Shown piece after piece: positions 1-10,374 of a DNA stretch of 64,000 nucleotides. The notes below the pieces were generated by a model that did not search any database, had not been told where the DNA came from, and saw nothing but the letters and a program-made list of their open reading frames with translations. The stretch is taken from contig CAWGAA010000003.1 in assembly GCA_963820525.1 (NCBI GenBank), positions 576,001-640,000 of the forward strand, read 5' to 3'. Each line of letters starts with the position of its first letter. The stretch's first letter is position 1. The translations under genes were made by a program, and so were the position numbers. The DNA comes from an uncultured Spirochaetota bacterium. GTDB taxonomy: Bacteria > Spirochaetota > Spirochaetia > SZUA-6 > Fen-1364.

Positions 1-1369
1 CGACCTTGTCGAAGGGATTGAGCAGGTCCATCGATGCGTATGCGGCGGACTTCACGACGTCGAGCTTCGTCTCTCCCGTGGGAACCTGCCCGGCCATGCT
101 GCCCGATTTGTCGGCCACGATGATCAAGGTGAGACGCGGCATCTGGATCTGCGCTTTCACGTCCATGTCCACCGGCAGCGCCCGTTCGATCGGCGTCTTG
201 TAGTAGCCTCCGGCGCCGAAGCTGCTGTCTCCGCCGATCATCAGAAGGCCGCCGCCCAGATCCCTGACGTACTGCTCCACGGTCTCCATCTTCTCGAAGG
301 ACAGGGAGTAGCCCGGGACATTGTCGAATATAATCCCGTCAAAGGGCACGAAGCCTTCGATGCTGCCGGGAAGCTGGGATGCTTCCCGTTCGACGACGGA
401 GATCCCCTGGGCCTGGAGGGCGGCAAGCAGGGCGGATGAGGCTCCCCCGCGCTTCGCCACGTAGAGCACGGAAGGGCTCCCCGTGACTTCGACGAACCTC
501 TTGGCGTGATTGTTCTCCAGGAACTGGTCGTCGGGAGAATCCACGAGGGCCTCGTAGGAATGCAGACCGGGCTCCTTCAGGAGCGCATCCACCGTGATGG
601 AGCTCTCTCCGGCGTCGAGCGTCCCCTCCCGGCTCGCGATGGGAGCGCCGTCTTGGAGAAGCATGACGCGCGCGGGACCGCGCCTCCTGCTCTTGACCAG
701 CACGCTCACCTGGTGGGGCTCTCCCGCGCGTACGCGGTCGGGAGCGAGGACCGATTCCGCGGAGACCCCGCTCTCCGAAGCCGGCTGGAAGAGGGGGACG
801 ACGAAGAGCTCCACTCCGAAGGACCGCGCCAGCGCCGCCGCCTCCAGGGCCCTGCCCCGGTTCTCGTTTCCGTCGCTGAAGAGCACGATCCTCCGGGTGC
901 CTTCGGCAGGGAGCTCCGCCAGGGCGAGCTGCGTGGCGCCCGCGATGTCCGTGGCTCCCCTGTCGATATCCTCGGCGGGCTCCGGGGGCACGGGCTTTCC
1001 CGGCGCCAGCTCCTCCACCTCGGCGCTGCCGCCGAAGCGAACGAGGATGGCCCGGTCGTCCCGCGACATCCGCGAGCGGACGGCCTCGATCATGGCCACC
1101 GCCTGTCGGCGGGCCGCGTCGCTCACGCTGTCCGATTCGTCCAGGAGGAAGGCCAGGGTGACCCCGCCGGCGGCGCGGGAGACGGCTGGTCCGGCGAGGG
1201 CAAGGACCAGGAGGGTGAGGGCGGCGACGCGGAAGACGAGGAACAGCCTGCGGCGGACGCGGGATAGACCTCCCTCGGAATCCGAGGCGCCGAGGGCGCG
1301 AAACGAAAGCCAGACGAGGGGCGGAATGGCCAGGAGGAGCAGGAGGAAGGCCGGTGACAGGAGCCTCAT
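1..1369 (-). CDS. VWA domain membrane protein, partial (runs off the window)
   Basis: ATG at 1369 overlaps the TGA of the upstream gene. Read by hand: MRLLSPAFLLLLLAIPP..., MIDAS-like LLDESDSV, ATDIAGA, IVLFSDGNEN, and a second VWA motif (LIVADKSGSM) near the edge. Absent from the ORF track because it has no stop in the window. Confidence 0.85.
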   Translation of the reverse strand, partial: MRLLSPAFLLLLLAIPPLVWLSFRALGASDSEGGLSRVRRRLFLVFRVAALTLLVLALAGPAVSRAAGGVTLAFLLDESDSVSDAARRQAVAMIEAVRSRMSRDDRAILVRFGGSAEVEELAPGKPVPPEPAEDIDRGATDIAGATQLALAELPAEGTRRIVLFSDGNENRGRALEAAALARSFGVELFVVPLFQPASESGVSAESVLAPDRVRAGEPHQVSVLVKSRRRGPARVMLLQDGAPIASREGTLDAGESSITVDALLKEPGLHSYEALVDSPDDQFLENNHAKRFVEVTGSPSVLYVAKRGGASSALLAALQAQGISVVEREASQLPGSIEGFVPFDGIIFDNVPGYSLSFEKMETVEQYVRDLGGGLLMIGGDSSFGAGGYYKTPIERALPVDMDVKAQIQMPRLTLIIVADKSGSMAGQVPTGETKLDVVKSAAYASMDLLNPFDKV

Positions 1370-3387
1370 CGCCTCTCCCTCACGACAAGGAGCCATTCCC
1401 CGAGGATGACGAGAATGGCGGCCGCGGCGAGCGCCGCCCACAGCGGCGTCAGGGACGTGCCCGACGCCTGCCGCGCGACGGCGGATGAGGCGCCGCGATG
1501 CAGGATGTAGCGGGGCGTGATGTCCGACTCGCCGGCGCTCGACAGCGAGACCGCAAAGGAGTAGCTCCCCGCGCCCGCGGCGGTCGCGGTGTAAAAACCG
1601 ACCTCCGAGGTTTCGCGGAATACCACGGGGGATTCTCCTGCGGGGATCGCCTCCCGCTCCCCGTCCGGGTGCTGGACGATTATGGGCCCCGCGCCGGCGC
1701 CGCCCGGCCCAAGCGCGTCGGCCGGCGCTTCCAGGGCTGCTCCCGCCGGGATCTGTTCGGCATCCGCCGAAAGCCAGCTGGGATAGAACCACTTCAGGGC
1801 ATTGGCGAGGAGGAGGGGAAAGGCCGGGCGAAGCCCCAGGTCCGATGTGTCCAGCGTGAAGCCGAGGAACAGGACCTTCAGGCCTTCGCGCTGATAGCTC
1901 AGCGCCAGGGGATCGTTTCCGGAGAGCAGGAGCGCGGTCCAGCCTCTGGCTTCAACGCGGAGGGCCTTCTCCACCGAGATCGATTGCGCGACGACGGAAG
2001 CGAGAAGCGGGCTTGCGCGGTTAAAGCTCGTCACGGCGGGCCGATCGAGGACTCCCGCCGCGCTCAGGGAGAGGTTCGGCGGAAGGGCTGCGATGAGGAT
2101 GTAGGCGCCCTTCTCCAGGGGAGGCGGCTCAACGCCGTCGAACACCACGACGTCGGACGCCTCGCCGATCGCGGGCGCGGCGGCGGGAAGCGAAGGCGCG
2201 GGCCCCGCGGCGGCGGATGCACCCGGATCGAGAGCCTGCGCATCCTTGGGAGCGACCGTGCTTACGGTGACATTGGGAAGCGCGGAAAGCCCGTGTTCCA
2301 GGAAGAAATCCCCCGGGCCGACCACGACCGCCTTCAGGCGGTGGGCGGGCTCCAGCACGGCGTACGACGTGTTGTCGGCGGCCAGGTCATCCGCAACGCC
2401 GATCTCGGCCACGATCCGTCCGGCCTGATCCGAGGCGGCTCCTTTGCCCGCGGGGCCTTTCCCCGTTGCGCCTTCCCCGCCGGGCGAATACGGCGCGCTG
2501 AAGCCGCGCTCTTCACCCGCGCCCAGAGTGACGTCGGCTCGGTAGATCTCCTCCCCGCCGGCCTTCACGGTAAGGGGAAAGCTCATGGACCCGGTGGAGA
2601 AGTTCCTCACGTCCACGAACATCTCGTAGTCCTCGTCGCCTCCCAGCGTCTTGCGCAGGGCCAGGGCCGTGATCCCCGCGTTCCTCCGGCTCTCCCCCAC
2701 GCGGATGAGGCTGATCCAGGGAGGCCCCTCGTCCAGATCTCCCAGGGTGTCGAAGGCGCCGTCCGTGATCACGATGACGCGGTCGTCCCTCTTGGGATCG
2801 CGAAGCGAAAGGGCGAAGAGCACGCTGTCCCGAAGGTCTCCCGCCTCGTCGGTGGGGCGCGCCGCCTGGATGACGCGCCGCAGGCGCCGGGTATCGTCGG
2901 TGAAGGGCGACAGGAGCCGGGGAGAAAGGCCGGCCCCGATCACGGACATCCGGCTCCCCCGCCTCAAGCCGGGAAGGAGATCCAGCGCCCTGGCCCTGGC
3001 CTCGTCGAATCGGGTGCGCCCTCCTTCACGGCTCTTCATGCTGGCCGTCTGGTCCAGCACCAGGATCACGTTCCCCCTCCCCGAAAGGCTGGACTGGGCC
3101 AGGAGGGGCTGGGCGAGGGCGAAGGCAAGCAGCGCGGCGGCCAGGACCTGTGCAAGGAGCATGAGGCTCCGCAGGATGCTTCGAAGCCTCAAGGTCGTCT
3201 TCTTTTCCCGTACCACCGCCTCCCAGAAGAATAGGGATGAAACCTCCACATCCCTCCAGCGGAGGTTCAGGCTGTGGAGGATGACGATGAGGGGCACGAG
3301 GCCGAGGGCAACGAGCGCCAGGGGGCTTGCGAGGATGAGCCCGAGGGGAGCGGCGAGGGCTTGAGCCGTGATCGCGGATGCGTTCAT
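1366..3387 (-). CDS. BatA/VWA domain protein
   Basis: N-terminal BatA motif (LVPLIVILHSL...VSSLFFWE), MIDAS LDQTASM, ITDGAF, C-terminal ESDI plus a TM helix. Confidence 0.85.
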   Translation of the reverse strand: MNASAITAQALAAPLGLILASPLALVALGLVPLIVILHSLNLRWRDVEVSSLFFWEAVVREKKTTLRLRSILRSLMLLAQVLAAALLAFALAQPLLAQSSLSGRGNVILVLDQTASMKSREGGRTRFDEARARALDLLPGLRRGSRMSVIGAGLSPRLLSPFTDDTRRLRRVIQAARPTDEAGDLRDSVLFALSLRDPKRDDRVIVITDGAFDTLGDLDEGPPWISLIRVGESRRNAGITALALRKTLGGDEDYEMFVDVRNFSTGSMSFPLTVKAGGEEIYRADVTLGAGEERGFSAPYSPGGEGATGKGPAGKGAASDQAGRIVAEIGVADDLAADNTSYAVLEPAHRLKAVVVGPGDFFLEHGLSALPNVTVSTVAPKDAQALDPGASAAAGPAPSLPAAAPAIGEASDVVVFDGVEPPPLEKGAYILIAALPPNLSLSAAGVLDRPAVTSFNRASPLLASVVAQSISVEKALRVEARGWTALLLSGNDPLALSYQREGLKVLFLGFTLDTSDLGLRPAFPLLLANALKWFYPSWLSADAEQIPAGAALEAPADALGPGGAGAGPIIVQHPDGEREAIPAGESPVVFRETSEVGFYTATAAGAGSYSFAVSLSSAGESDITPRYILHRGASSAVARQASGTSLTPLWAALAAAAILVILGEWLLVVRERR

Positions 3388-4271
3388 CTGGCGTGCAGGT
3401 GCGCCCCGTGGCGCAGGTACTTCAGCACCAGGTCATCGAAGGGAACGATCGTGCTGGTGCGCAGGTACTCGATCCCGGCCTTCAGGCTGAAGGCCTCCAG
3501 GCCGGAGAGAAACTTCCCCACCCTGTCCCGGTAGGCCGACAGAAGGGGCTTGTCCACCGTGAGCTTCATCATGCGGCCCGTTTCGATGTCCGTGAGCCGC
3601 AGGGTTCCCCCGGTGATGGGCGAGATCTCCTCGCGGTCGAGGACCTGCACGAGGACCACGTCGAACTTCCTGTACAAAAGGGCGAGGAGGCCCCGCTCGT
3701 ACTGGGAGGAATCGATCATGTCCGAGATGACGATGGCGAGCCCCGGCTGCCGGGTGCGAAGGGCATACCCCTCGAGGGATCCCGAAAAATCGGTGGTGCC
3801 GGACGTGGAGATCCGCGACATGTACTCCAGCAGGTGGAAGAGGTGGGGCCTTCCCCGCCGCGGCGCAAGCGCCCCGGAGAGCCCCGCGGCAAAGGTCGTC
3901 ACCCCCACCCTGTCCAGCGAGGTAAGGCCGATGTAGCCGAGGGCGGCCGCCACCCGCCGCGCGTAGTCGATCTTTCGGGGGTCTCCATACCCCATCGAGC
4001 TGCTCGTGTCCAGAAGGATGTGCACGGAAAGGTCTTCCTCCTCCACGAAGAGCTTCACGAACAGCCTGTCGAGGCGGCTGAAGATGTTCCAGTCGATGTA
4101 GCGGAAATCGTCGCCGGGCTGGTAGTCGCGGAAATCCGAGAAATCGGGGCTCGCCCCGTGGGAGGGCGAGGTATGCTCGCCGCGCGCCTGGCCCCGGTAC
4201 AGCCTCCGGGCGACCAGGGAGAGGTATTCGATCTTCGAGAGGAAGTCGTGGTCGAAAAGCTCCCGATCCAT
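3384..4271 (-). CDS. DUF58 domain protein
   Basis: DFSDFRDYQPGDDFRYIDWN and LLDTSSSM motifs; adjacent to MoxR. Confidence 0.92.
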   Translation of the reverse strand: MDRELFDHDFLSKIEYLSLVARRLYRGQARGEHTSPSHGASPDFSDFRDYQPGDDFRYIDWNIFSRLDRLFVKLFVEEEDLSVHILLDTSSSMGYGDPRKIDYARRVAAALGYIGLTSLDRVGVTTFAAGLSGALAPRRGRPHLFHLLEYMSRISTSGTTDFSGSLEGYALRTRQPGLAIVISDMIDSSQYERGLLALLYRKFDVVLVQVLDREEISPITGGTLRLTDIETGRMMKLTVDKPLLSAYRDRVGKFLSGLEAFSLKAGIEYLRTSTIVPFDDLVLKYLRHGAHLHAR

Positions 4272-5281
4272 CAGGAGGCGGCGCCCCCCGTCGTTTCGGG
4301 AATCCGCTCGAGGAGGTCGTCGATGATGCGTTCGGCGGAGATCCCCTCGGCCTCTCCCTCGAAGTTGAGAAGGATCCTGTGGCGGAGGCTCTGGCGGCAG
4401 ACGGCGCGCACGTCGGCGAGGCTCGCCGCCAGCCTCCCCTCGAAGAGCGCCTTTGCCTTGGCGGCGAGCACAAGGGCCTGGGGCCCGCGCGGGCTCGCCC
4501 CGTAGCGAACGTAGCGATTGGCGAGCTCCGTGCTCTGGGGCCCTCCGGGCCTCGTGGCCAGCGCGAGGCGGATCGCATAATCCGCCACGTGCTCCGCAAC
4601 CGGCACTTCACGGACAAGGGCCGAAAGCTGCCTGACCGTGGCGCCGTCGGCCACGGTGGCAAGCGCGGGCTGGGCCCGGGTGGTGGTCTTCTGCACGATG
4701 GAGGCCATCTCCGCGGCGGAGGGATACGACAGGGTGAGCTTGAAGAAGAAGCGGTCCAGCTGGGCCTCGGGCAGGGGGTAGGTTCCCTCCATCTCGATGG
4801 GGTTCTGGGTGGCGAGGACGATGAACGGGGCATCCAGGCGGTAGGTCGTGCCCCCCGCCGTCACCGTGCGTTCCTGCATGGCCTCAAGCAGCGCGGACTG
4901 GGTCTTGGGCGTTGCCCTGTTGATCTCGTCGGCAAGGACGATGTTGGCGAAAACGGGCCCGGCCTGGAAGCGCACGATTCTCTTGTTCTCCTCGTCCTGG
5001 ACAAGAACGTTGGTGCCCACGATATCGGCGGGCATGAGATCGGGGGTGAACTGGATCCGCGACGACTTGAGGTCCAGCACCTGGCCCAGGCACTTGATCA
5101 GAGTGGTCTTTCCCAGACCCGGCACTCCCTCCAGCAGGGCGTGACCCTCGCTGGCAAGGCAGATGAGGATCCCTTCAATGATGTCCTCCTGCCCGACGAT
5201 CACCTTGGACACCTCGGCCTTGATGCTCTCGATGACCTGGCGAGCCCACGCCGCCTTTTCCCGAACCTCCACCGTTTCCAC
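4271..5281 (-). CDS. MoxR family AAA+ ATPase
   Basis: GHALLEGVPGLGKT, RIQFTPDLMPADIVG, LADEINRATPKTQSALLEAMQE, ATQNPIEMEGTYPLPEAQLDRF. Confidence 0.95.
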   Translation of the reverse strand: METVEVREKAAWARQVIESIKAEVSKVIVGQEDIIEGILICLASEGHALLEGVPGLGKTTLIKCLGQVLDLKSSRIQFTPDLMPADIVGTNVLVQDEENKRIVRFQAGPVFANIVLADEINRATPKTQSALLEAMQERTVTAGGTTYRLDAPFIVLATQNPIEMEGTYPLPEAQLDRFFFKLTLSYPSAAEMASIVQKTTTRAQPALATVADGATVRQLSALVREVPVAEHVADYAIRLALATRPGGPQSTELANRYVRYGASPRGPQALVLAAKAKALFEGRLAASLADVRAVCRQSLRHRILLNFEGEAEGISAERIIDDLLERIPETTGGAAS

Positions 5282-5282
5282 C

Positions 5283-6692
5283 TCACCTCCCTTGCCTGTC
5301 GTTTGCCATCATCCCGATGCTCATGAAGTAGCGCTTCACGGAGTCCCTCAGGGTCGACGGGACCTCTTCCCGCGTCAGGGCCGTTTCGGCGCTGCGGCGA
5401 TACTCCTGCAGTGCCTCGTCGGCGGCGGCGGAAGATCTCCTGCCGACCTTGGGAAGCGCCCGCATCAGCATCTGCGCGGACCCTCCCTTTCCCACCTCGG
5501 CCTGCGCTTTCATCTCCTCTGCGGAGCTGGAGCGCGAGAACTCGGCAGGCGGGCCCTTGACGTCGGGAACCGCCATGGTCCCGGGCTTGGAGCCGTCGCC
5601 CTTCTGCTCGGCCCCTCCCTGAGCCCCGCGGTCGGCAGATTGGTCCGTCTCCCTTCCGCCGAAATCCGGCGGGGCAATCCGCCCGCTCGATCCCCGGGTA
5701 TCTCCGGCGGAGGGCTTGCCGGAGCGGTCCCCTGTATCTCCGGTCTGCGGGACGCCCCGCGAAGAGTTCTTATCCGCCAGCATGTTCAGAGTATCCCCGA
5801 GCTGCTTGGTCTCCTGGTCCGACTCAGCCCGCTCCTGGGTGCGCTTGCCTCCCTGCCCCGCTTTTTCCAGCTCGGACTCGGAGGAGGGCTGCTTGCCTGC
5901 CTCGCCGCCCTCCAGGCCTTCGCCCGACCCGCTTCCCTGCCGAAGCTCATAGCTCCTGATCTTTGCCTCATATTCGGCCGCCAGCCTGTTCTCCAGCTCC
6001 TGCATGCGGTCGGTCGCCTCCCCCTGATCGACCTTCTCGTGCTGGAAAGCCCTTCCCAAGCGCTGCAGCTCCTGGGACAGCTGGAGGCTCCGCGGGAGGT
6101 TTTCCTCCTGCGCCTTCGCCTGAAGCTTCCTGCCGTAGCTTTCAAGCTCTTCGCCGATCGACTGGACCGCGGGGTCCGACTGCCCCTTGGATGAGAACAG
6201 CGCGGCCAGATCCACGGGGATGACGGAGAGCAGAACGGCTCCCGCCAGAAGGAAGGGCAGGAAAAAAAGCGTCGGCATCCGCGGGCGCCCCAGAATACGC
6301 GCCGCGGGAGTCGTGGAGAGGGAACGCGCCGCATCCTCGATGATGGCCTCGGAGAACAGGCTCTCCTTGGACCTGACGGCCAGCTCGTATGCGGTGCTGG
6401 AAAGCTCCCTGTTTCCCAGGAACCGGTCCGCGTGGATCAAGAGCCCGCGGACGTCGAGCCTCGGGAAGAGCGCCGAGAGCGCGCCGGCGGCGGCGCCCGC
6501 GGCAGCGGCGAGCCCCAGGAAGCTGATGGGAGCGATCGGCGGGGGCATCAGATCCGAGACGAAGGCGTAGAGAAGGCCGGCGAGGAGCCCGCCAAAAAGG
6601 CCCCACGAAAGGCGGGACAGCAGGATATTCAGCCGCGCGCGGCGCGAAAGCGCGCGTGTTTTAAGGCGAAAGGTCTCCCGTGGTGTCGACAT
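5283..6692 (-). CDS. membrane-anchored coiled-coil protein of the MoxR/VWA cluster
   Basis: N-terminal TM helices, a coiled-coil, a G/S/Q-rich linker and C-terminal EEVPSTLRDSVKRYF. Start placed at ATG 6692. Confidence 0.7.
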   Translation of the reverse strand: MSTPRETFRLKTRALSRRARLNILLSRLSWGLFGGLLAGLLYAFVSDLMPPPIAPISFLGLAAAAGAAAGALSALFPRLDVRGLLIHADRFLGNRELSSTAYELAVRSKESLFSEAIIEDAARSLSTTPAARILGRPRMPTLFFLPFLLAGAVLLSVIPVDLAALFSSKGQSDPAVQSIGEELESYGRKLQAKAQEENLPRSLQLSQELQRLGRAFQHEKVDQGEATDRMQELENRLAAEYEAKIRSYELRQGSGSGEGLEGGEAGKQPSSESELEKAGQGGKRTQERAESDQETKQLGDTLNMLADKNSSRGVPQTGDTGDRSGKPSAGDTRGSSGRIAPPDFGGRETDQSADRGAQGGAEQKGDGSKPGTMAVPDVKGPPAEFSRSSSAEEMKAQAEVGKGGSAQMLMRALPKVGRRSSAAADEALQEYRRSAETALTREEVPSTLRDSVKRYFMSIGMMANDRQGR

Positions 6693-7539
6693 CGTGGTTT
6701 TCACGTGTTTCCTCGACTTTGCTGGTGGAGCTGTCCCGCGGAACCGAAGCCCCCGCCGAAGGGGGAAGCCGCGCGCCATATTGCCGGCGAAGCATCCCGA
6801 GCCAGACGATGGTCGCCGCAGAGAACGCCATGACCGCCAGAAAGCTGATAATAACCGAAACGGACCAGAAAGGAATAGTGGTCCCGAGCAGGGATACGGG
6901 ACCGCGCGGCGCGGCCCCGACGGAGCGAAGGCTCAGGATGGCCGAGATGGGGCTTGCGGCGGGGAAGAAAAGCATCGTGGCGAAGATCCAGAACCCTCCG
7001 AATCCGGCCAGGATCGTGTTCTTGATCCCCCGCATGTCATTGAAAACGGTAAAGAGAAAGAAGGCAAGGGATCTCAGGGCGAGGGCGGCGGATCCCGTGA
7101 TGAGCCAGACGAGGCCAAGCTCGGCGTAAGTCGCCCCGCATACCCCGCGCGATGCCAGGAAGAAGGGAACGCTCAAAGCCAGGAGCAGGAGAACGTGGAG
7201 GAAGGCCGCGGCGAGCCTGCCCAGGACGAGGGCGGAAACCGCAACGGGGGTCAGGGTCACCAAATCGCGCACGCCGGCGGACTCCGGCCCGGCGTAGTCC
7301 TCGGAGCCGAAGCGGGCGTTCATGTAGGCCAGGCAGACGATCAGGCCGATAGCCGTCGCGGTGACCGTCTGGGGGACCTCTCCGGAGCGCATGAACTCCG
7401 ATATCGGTCCGCGGGGCCACCAGAAGAACGTGAGGCAGGACAGGATGACGAGATACAACAGGTAGGTTCGAAGGATCTGCGGCCGGGAAAAGGAATCGGC
7501 GAGGCTCTCTCTAATGAAGGGATTGGCGGCAAGCTTCAT
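6661..7539 (-). CDS. ABC-2 permease-like membrane protein
   Basis: NPFIRE N-terminus, about 6 TM segments, LVTLTPVAVSALVLGRL motif typical of ABC-2 membrane domains. Confidence 0.65.
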   Translation of the reverse strand: MKLAANPFIRESLADSFSRPQILRTYLLYLVILSCLTFFWWPRGPISEFMRSGEVPQTVTATAIGLIVCLAYMNARFGSEDYAGPESAGVRDLVTLTPVAVSALVLGRLAAAFLHVLLLLALSVPFFLASRGVCGATYAELGLVWLITGSAALALRSLAFFLFTVFNDMRGIKNTILAGFGGFWIFATMLFFPAASPISAILSLRSVGAAPRGPVSLLGTTIPFWSVSVIISFLAVMAFSAATIVWLGMLRRQYGARLPPSAGASVPRDSSTSKVEETRENHDVDTTGDLSP

Positions 7540-9422
7540 CGGTACTCCACGACCAAGAGGTGCAGGGGATCGTCGACCGCGCGGAAGCTTGGCGGCCTTT
7601 CCAGGGGAAGGGGAGATCCGTCGAGCCAGGCGAAAAACAGCGGCGAGCCCTTTTCGAAGCCGGGTCCGACCTGCCCCCAGAGCGCCCGCCGGCGTTCGTC
7701 GCCAATGACCGAGTCGGCGGCCCGGCTTCTCCCCCGATCGACATTCCCGAAAGGCTTCACGACCCGCTCCACCGTGGATTTGCCCGGCACGTCGCCGAAG
7801 GGATACAGCCCTCCGAAGTAGGAGAGAAAGCCGCCCTGAAGGGCGTAGGGAGATCCGTTGGAGACTGAAACGAAAAGCGATCCGGGACCTTTCCTCACGG
7901 CCAAGCGCACATCCAGCTCCACCACGGCCTCGAGGCTGATCATCCTGTCATCGAAGCGAGAAAGCCGAATCCCGGAAAACCGTGTTCCCTCCCCCTCTTC
8001 CACCCGGAACCTTCCGCCCCGCACGATGTCCCGAGGCGGCATCGTCTCGCCGGCCGCGACGCCCCCTCGTGAAACCGCGAGATCCACGGTGCCGCTCCCG
8101 ATGGAAAAAAGCCCCACCCTTTCGCGTACGAGGGCGAGGCCGTCACCCGAGACGGTTTCCGCCGTGGATGCCTCCACCAGGAGCGAGCCGCCCCGGAAGA
8201 ATACGCGGTCGAACAGGGCCCACCCGGCCGCCGAAGCCGCCAGGGCGGCCGCGACGAGGAGCGCGGCCCGGACGGACGGTCTCATCCTGCCCTGCCCGCC
8301 GATGACGATGAGATACACCGCGAGAAGGTAGAGGATGATGAAAAAAAGGAGGGCGGAGCCGCGGGGAAAGGCGTAGGAGCCCCCTCCCAGGGAAGCTTTC
8401 AGCCAGGGATCGTCCACCGGGTTCAGCGTCTCGCCGCCCCGTATCCGCGCCGTAGCGCCGCCGGCGAGCATCCTCCACATGGCCTTATTGCCGGGCCACG
8501 CGTTCATTGGAGCCTGGGCGCAGTCGAAAGCGAGGAACCTGATCTGACCATGGCCGAAATGCCGCGTGGCGATGATGGGAATTCCATCTTCCTCGGCGAG
8601 GGCGCTCGAGCCGGCGGCGAGGCGCGAAGCGGCGAGAACCATGCTCCCGCGCGGGGCAGAGAAACCGCCGAAGAGCCTCCCCAGAGAAGCGATGCCGCTG
8701 CGCGGGACGATGCCCGTCACCTCGACGGGGAGCAGGGGTTCCAGCCCCGCAGCCTTGAGCTGGAGAGCCGAGGGCCCTCCCGAGACCACAAGGATGCCGC
8801 CGGCGAACACCCATTGCGTGAGCGCGGAGACCTGGGTCGCGCGGAGGTTCTGGAAGGCCGTGTCGTGCACGAGCACGGCATCGGCCCCGTCGTAGCCCGA
8901 CCATCTGTCGGGAAGATTCTCCACGTGGGGGTAGACCACGCGGGTGCTCTCCAGAAGGTCGGAGAGAAAATCCAGGGAAAGTTCGCTGGAGACCGCCACC
9001 ACGATCCGCTCGGTGACGATCATGTCGCTCACGTCGACGCTGCCCCGAAAAAGCTCCCTGCCGCCGGAGTCGACCCGCACGACGAGGGGCCGCGAGGGAT
9101 TCGGGATGGAAAGGGCGAAAGACAGCCGCCGGTGCGAATGGGCCGGAAGAGAAACAGCCTGGGCATAGGTCTGGACGACAATGGTATGGCGGAACTCGTT
9201 TCCCGAGACGACATCGACGCTCACCGTGCAGGCGAGCTTCTTGCCGCCGTTCTCCATGCTCACGATGACCGGGGTGTACCTGCCGGATCGTATGATCCCA
9301 TTCCAGCCCACCGCCACGTCGCAGGAGAGCCCGCTCTGCGCCCACAGGGGACCGAGCGTCAGGATGAAGGCGAAGAGGAGGAGCTTAGCAGGAGGTTTGG
9401 CTCTGACCAAGGACTTCGACAA
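7536..9422 (-). CDS. exported/membrane hypothetical protein with glutamine amidotransferase-like domain
   Basis: Signal peptide, GRYTPVIVSMEN, LPDRWSGYDGADAVLV, WVFAGGILVVSGG, two central TM helices. Confidence 0.7.
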   Translation of the reverse strand: MSKSLVRAKPPAKLLLFAFILTLGPLWAQSGLSCDVAVGWNGIIRSGRYTPVIVSMENGGKKLACTVSVDVVSGNEFRHTIVVQTYAQAVSLPAHSHRRLSFALSIPNPSRPLVVRVDSGGRELFRGSVDVSDMIVTERIVVAVSSELSLDFLSDLLESTRVVYPHVENLPDRWSGYDGADAVLVHDTAFQNLRATQVSALTQWVFAGGILVVSGGPSALQLKAAGLEPLLPVEVTGIVPRSGIASLGRLFGGFSAPRGSMVLAASRLAAGSSALAEEDGIPIIATRHFGHGQIRFLAFDCAQAPMNAWPGNKAMWRMLAGGATARIRGGETLNPVDDPWLKASLGGGSYAFPRGSALLFFIILYLLAVYLIVIGGQGRMRPSVRAALLVAAALAASAAGWALFDRVFFRGGSLLVEASTAETVSGDGLALVRERVGLFSIGSGTVDLAVSRGGVAAGETMPPRDIVRGGRFRVEEGEGTRFSGIRLSRFDDRMISLEAVVELDVRLAVRKGPGSLFVSVSNGSPYALQGGFLSYFGGLYPFGDVPGKSTVERVVKPFGNVDRGRSRAADSVIGDERRRALWGQVGPGFEKGSPLFFAWLDGSPLPLERPPSFRAVDDPLHLLVVEYR

Positions 9423-9828
9423 TTGTGGATCGCTCTTGTCCGCCTCCGGTGAGCTTCTTGTTCACCAGCCAAACCAACCCGAAGGCACCCACGAAGAACA
9501 CCGCCGCCGCGCCCATTCCGATGCCCTGGGCGGAGGAGGCGAGGTTGAGAATCGGGGCTAGAGCGGCGCCCGCCGCATAGCCCACGAAGAGCAGGACGAG
9601 CGGAAGGCCAAAGAGCAGGAGGGAGGCCCCCAGCGGCGAAGCGCTCCGGGTCTCGATGCGCACAACGTCCCCGGGGGAGACGCCGATGGCGTCAACAACC
9701 TCGGCGATCATGTATTTTCCGGTCTCAGCCATCAGGCACCCGTGACAACCCTCGCAGGCTTCGGAGCGCTCGATGCGCACGCGAGCCTTGCCGTCCTCCT
9801 TTTCAACGACGATCCCTCTCTCCTCCAT
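9385..9828 (-). CDS. RseC/MucC family protein
   Basis: MEERGIVV...RSEACEGCHGC...GDVVRI followed by two TM helices. Confidence 0.85.
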   Translation of the reverse strand: MEERGIVVEKEDGKARVRIERSEACEGCHGCLMAETGKYMIAEVVDAIGVSPGDVVRIETRSASPLGASLLLFGLPLVLLFVGYAAGAALAPILNLASSAQGIGMGAAAVFFVGAFGLVWLVNKKLTGGGQERSTIVEVLGQSQTSC

Positions 9829-9840
9829 CTCGATCCTCCC

Positions 9841-10374
9841 TCAGGGTGCCATTGGAGTATACTCGTCCTGGACCCGAGAGTCGAGCATCCGGTCCCCCTC
9901 GAAGACGAAGAAGCCGCGGAATCGCTTTCCGGCGAGCATGAGCGGCAGCCACAGCCTGTCGTCTTCCCACATTCGCCGGTAGGGGATCCTGTCCACCGGC
10001 GTCCACAGGGGCGCCGCCTCGCGCGTCTCACGCGGCTCACCGTTCACGCCCGAGGCCGTAAAGACGGCGCCGTGAAGCGAGTATCCGTCGGTGAACTGGA
10101 AATAAAGCTCTCCGCAGGCGCGCACGCCGGTGGGGGTGACGCACAGCTCTTCCTCCACCTCCCGCACGGCGGCCTGCATGGCCTCTTCCCCCGCCTCAAT
10201 GCGGCCGCCCGGTCCGTTGATCTTTCCCGCTCCCAGGCCTGTTTTCTTGTGGATGAGGAGTATCCTGCCATCGGAGATCACGAACAGGAGCGTGGCCTTT
10301 TCCACGGGCGTCCAGCGCGGCCAATCGATATCCGCAATCCTCCTCGGCACGGGGCTTTCAAGCGGTTCGCTCAT
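9841..10374 (-). CDS. NUDIX hydrolase (8-oxo-dGTP diphosphatase, MTH1-like)
   Basis: KKTGLGAGKINGPGGRIEAGE...AAVREVEEE Nudix box; IPYRRMWEDDRLWLP. ATG 10374 overlaps the upstream stop. Confidence 0.9.
   Translation of the reverse strand: MSEPLESPVPRRIADIDWPRWTPVEKATLLFVISDGRILLIHKKTGLGAGKINGPGGRIEAGEEAMQAAVREVEEELCVTPTGVRACGELYFQFTDGYSLHGAVFTASGVNGEPRETREAAPLWTPVDRIPYRRMWEDDRLWLPLMLAGKRFRGFFVFEGDRMLDSRVQDEYTPMAP

Noticed and set aside
506..4833. Long alternative ORFs (e.g. 1498-3234 +, 3378-4505 +, 3433-4833 -)
   Set aside because: Shadow ORFs of high-GC genes with clear family motifs in another frame or strand.
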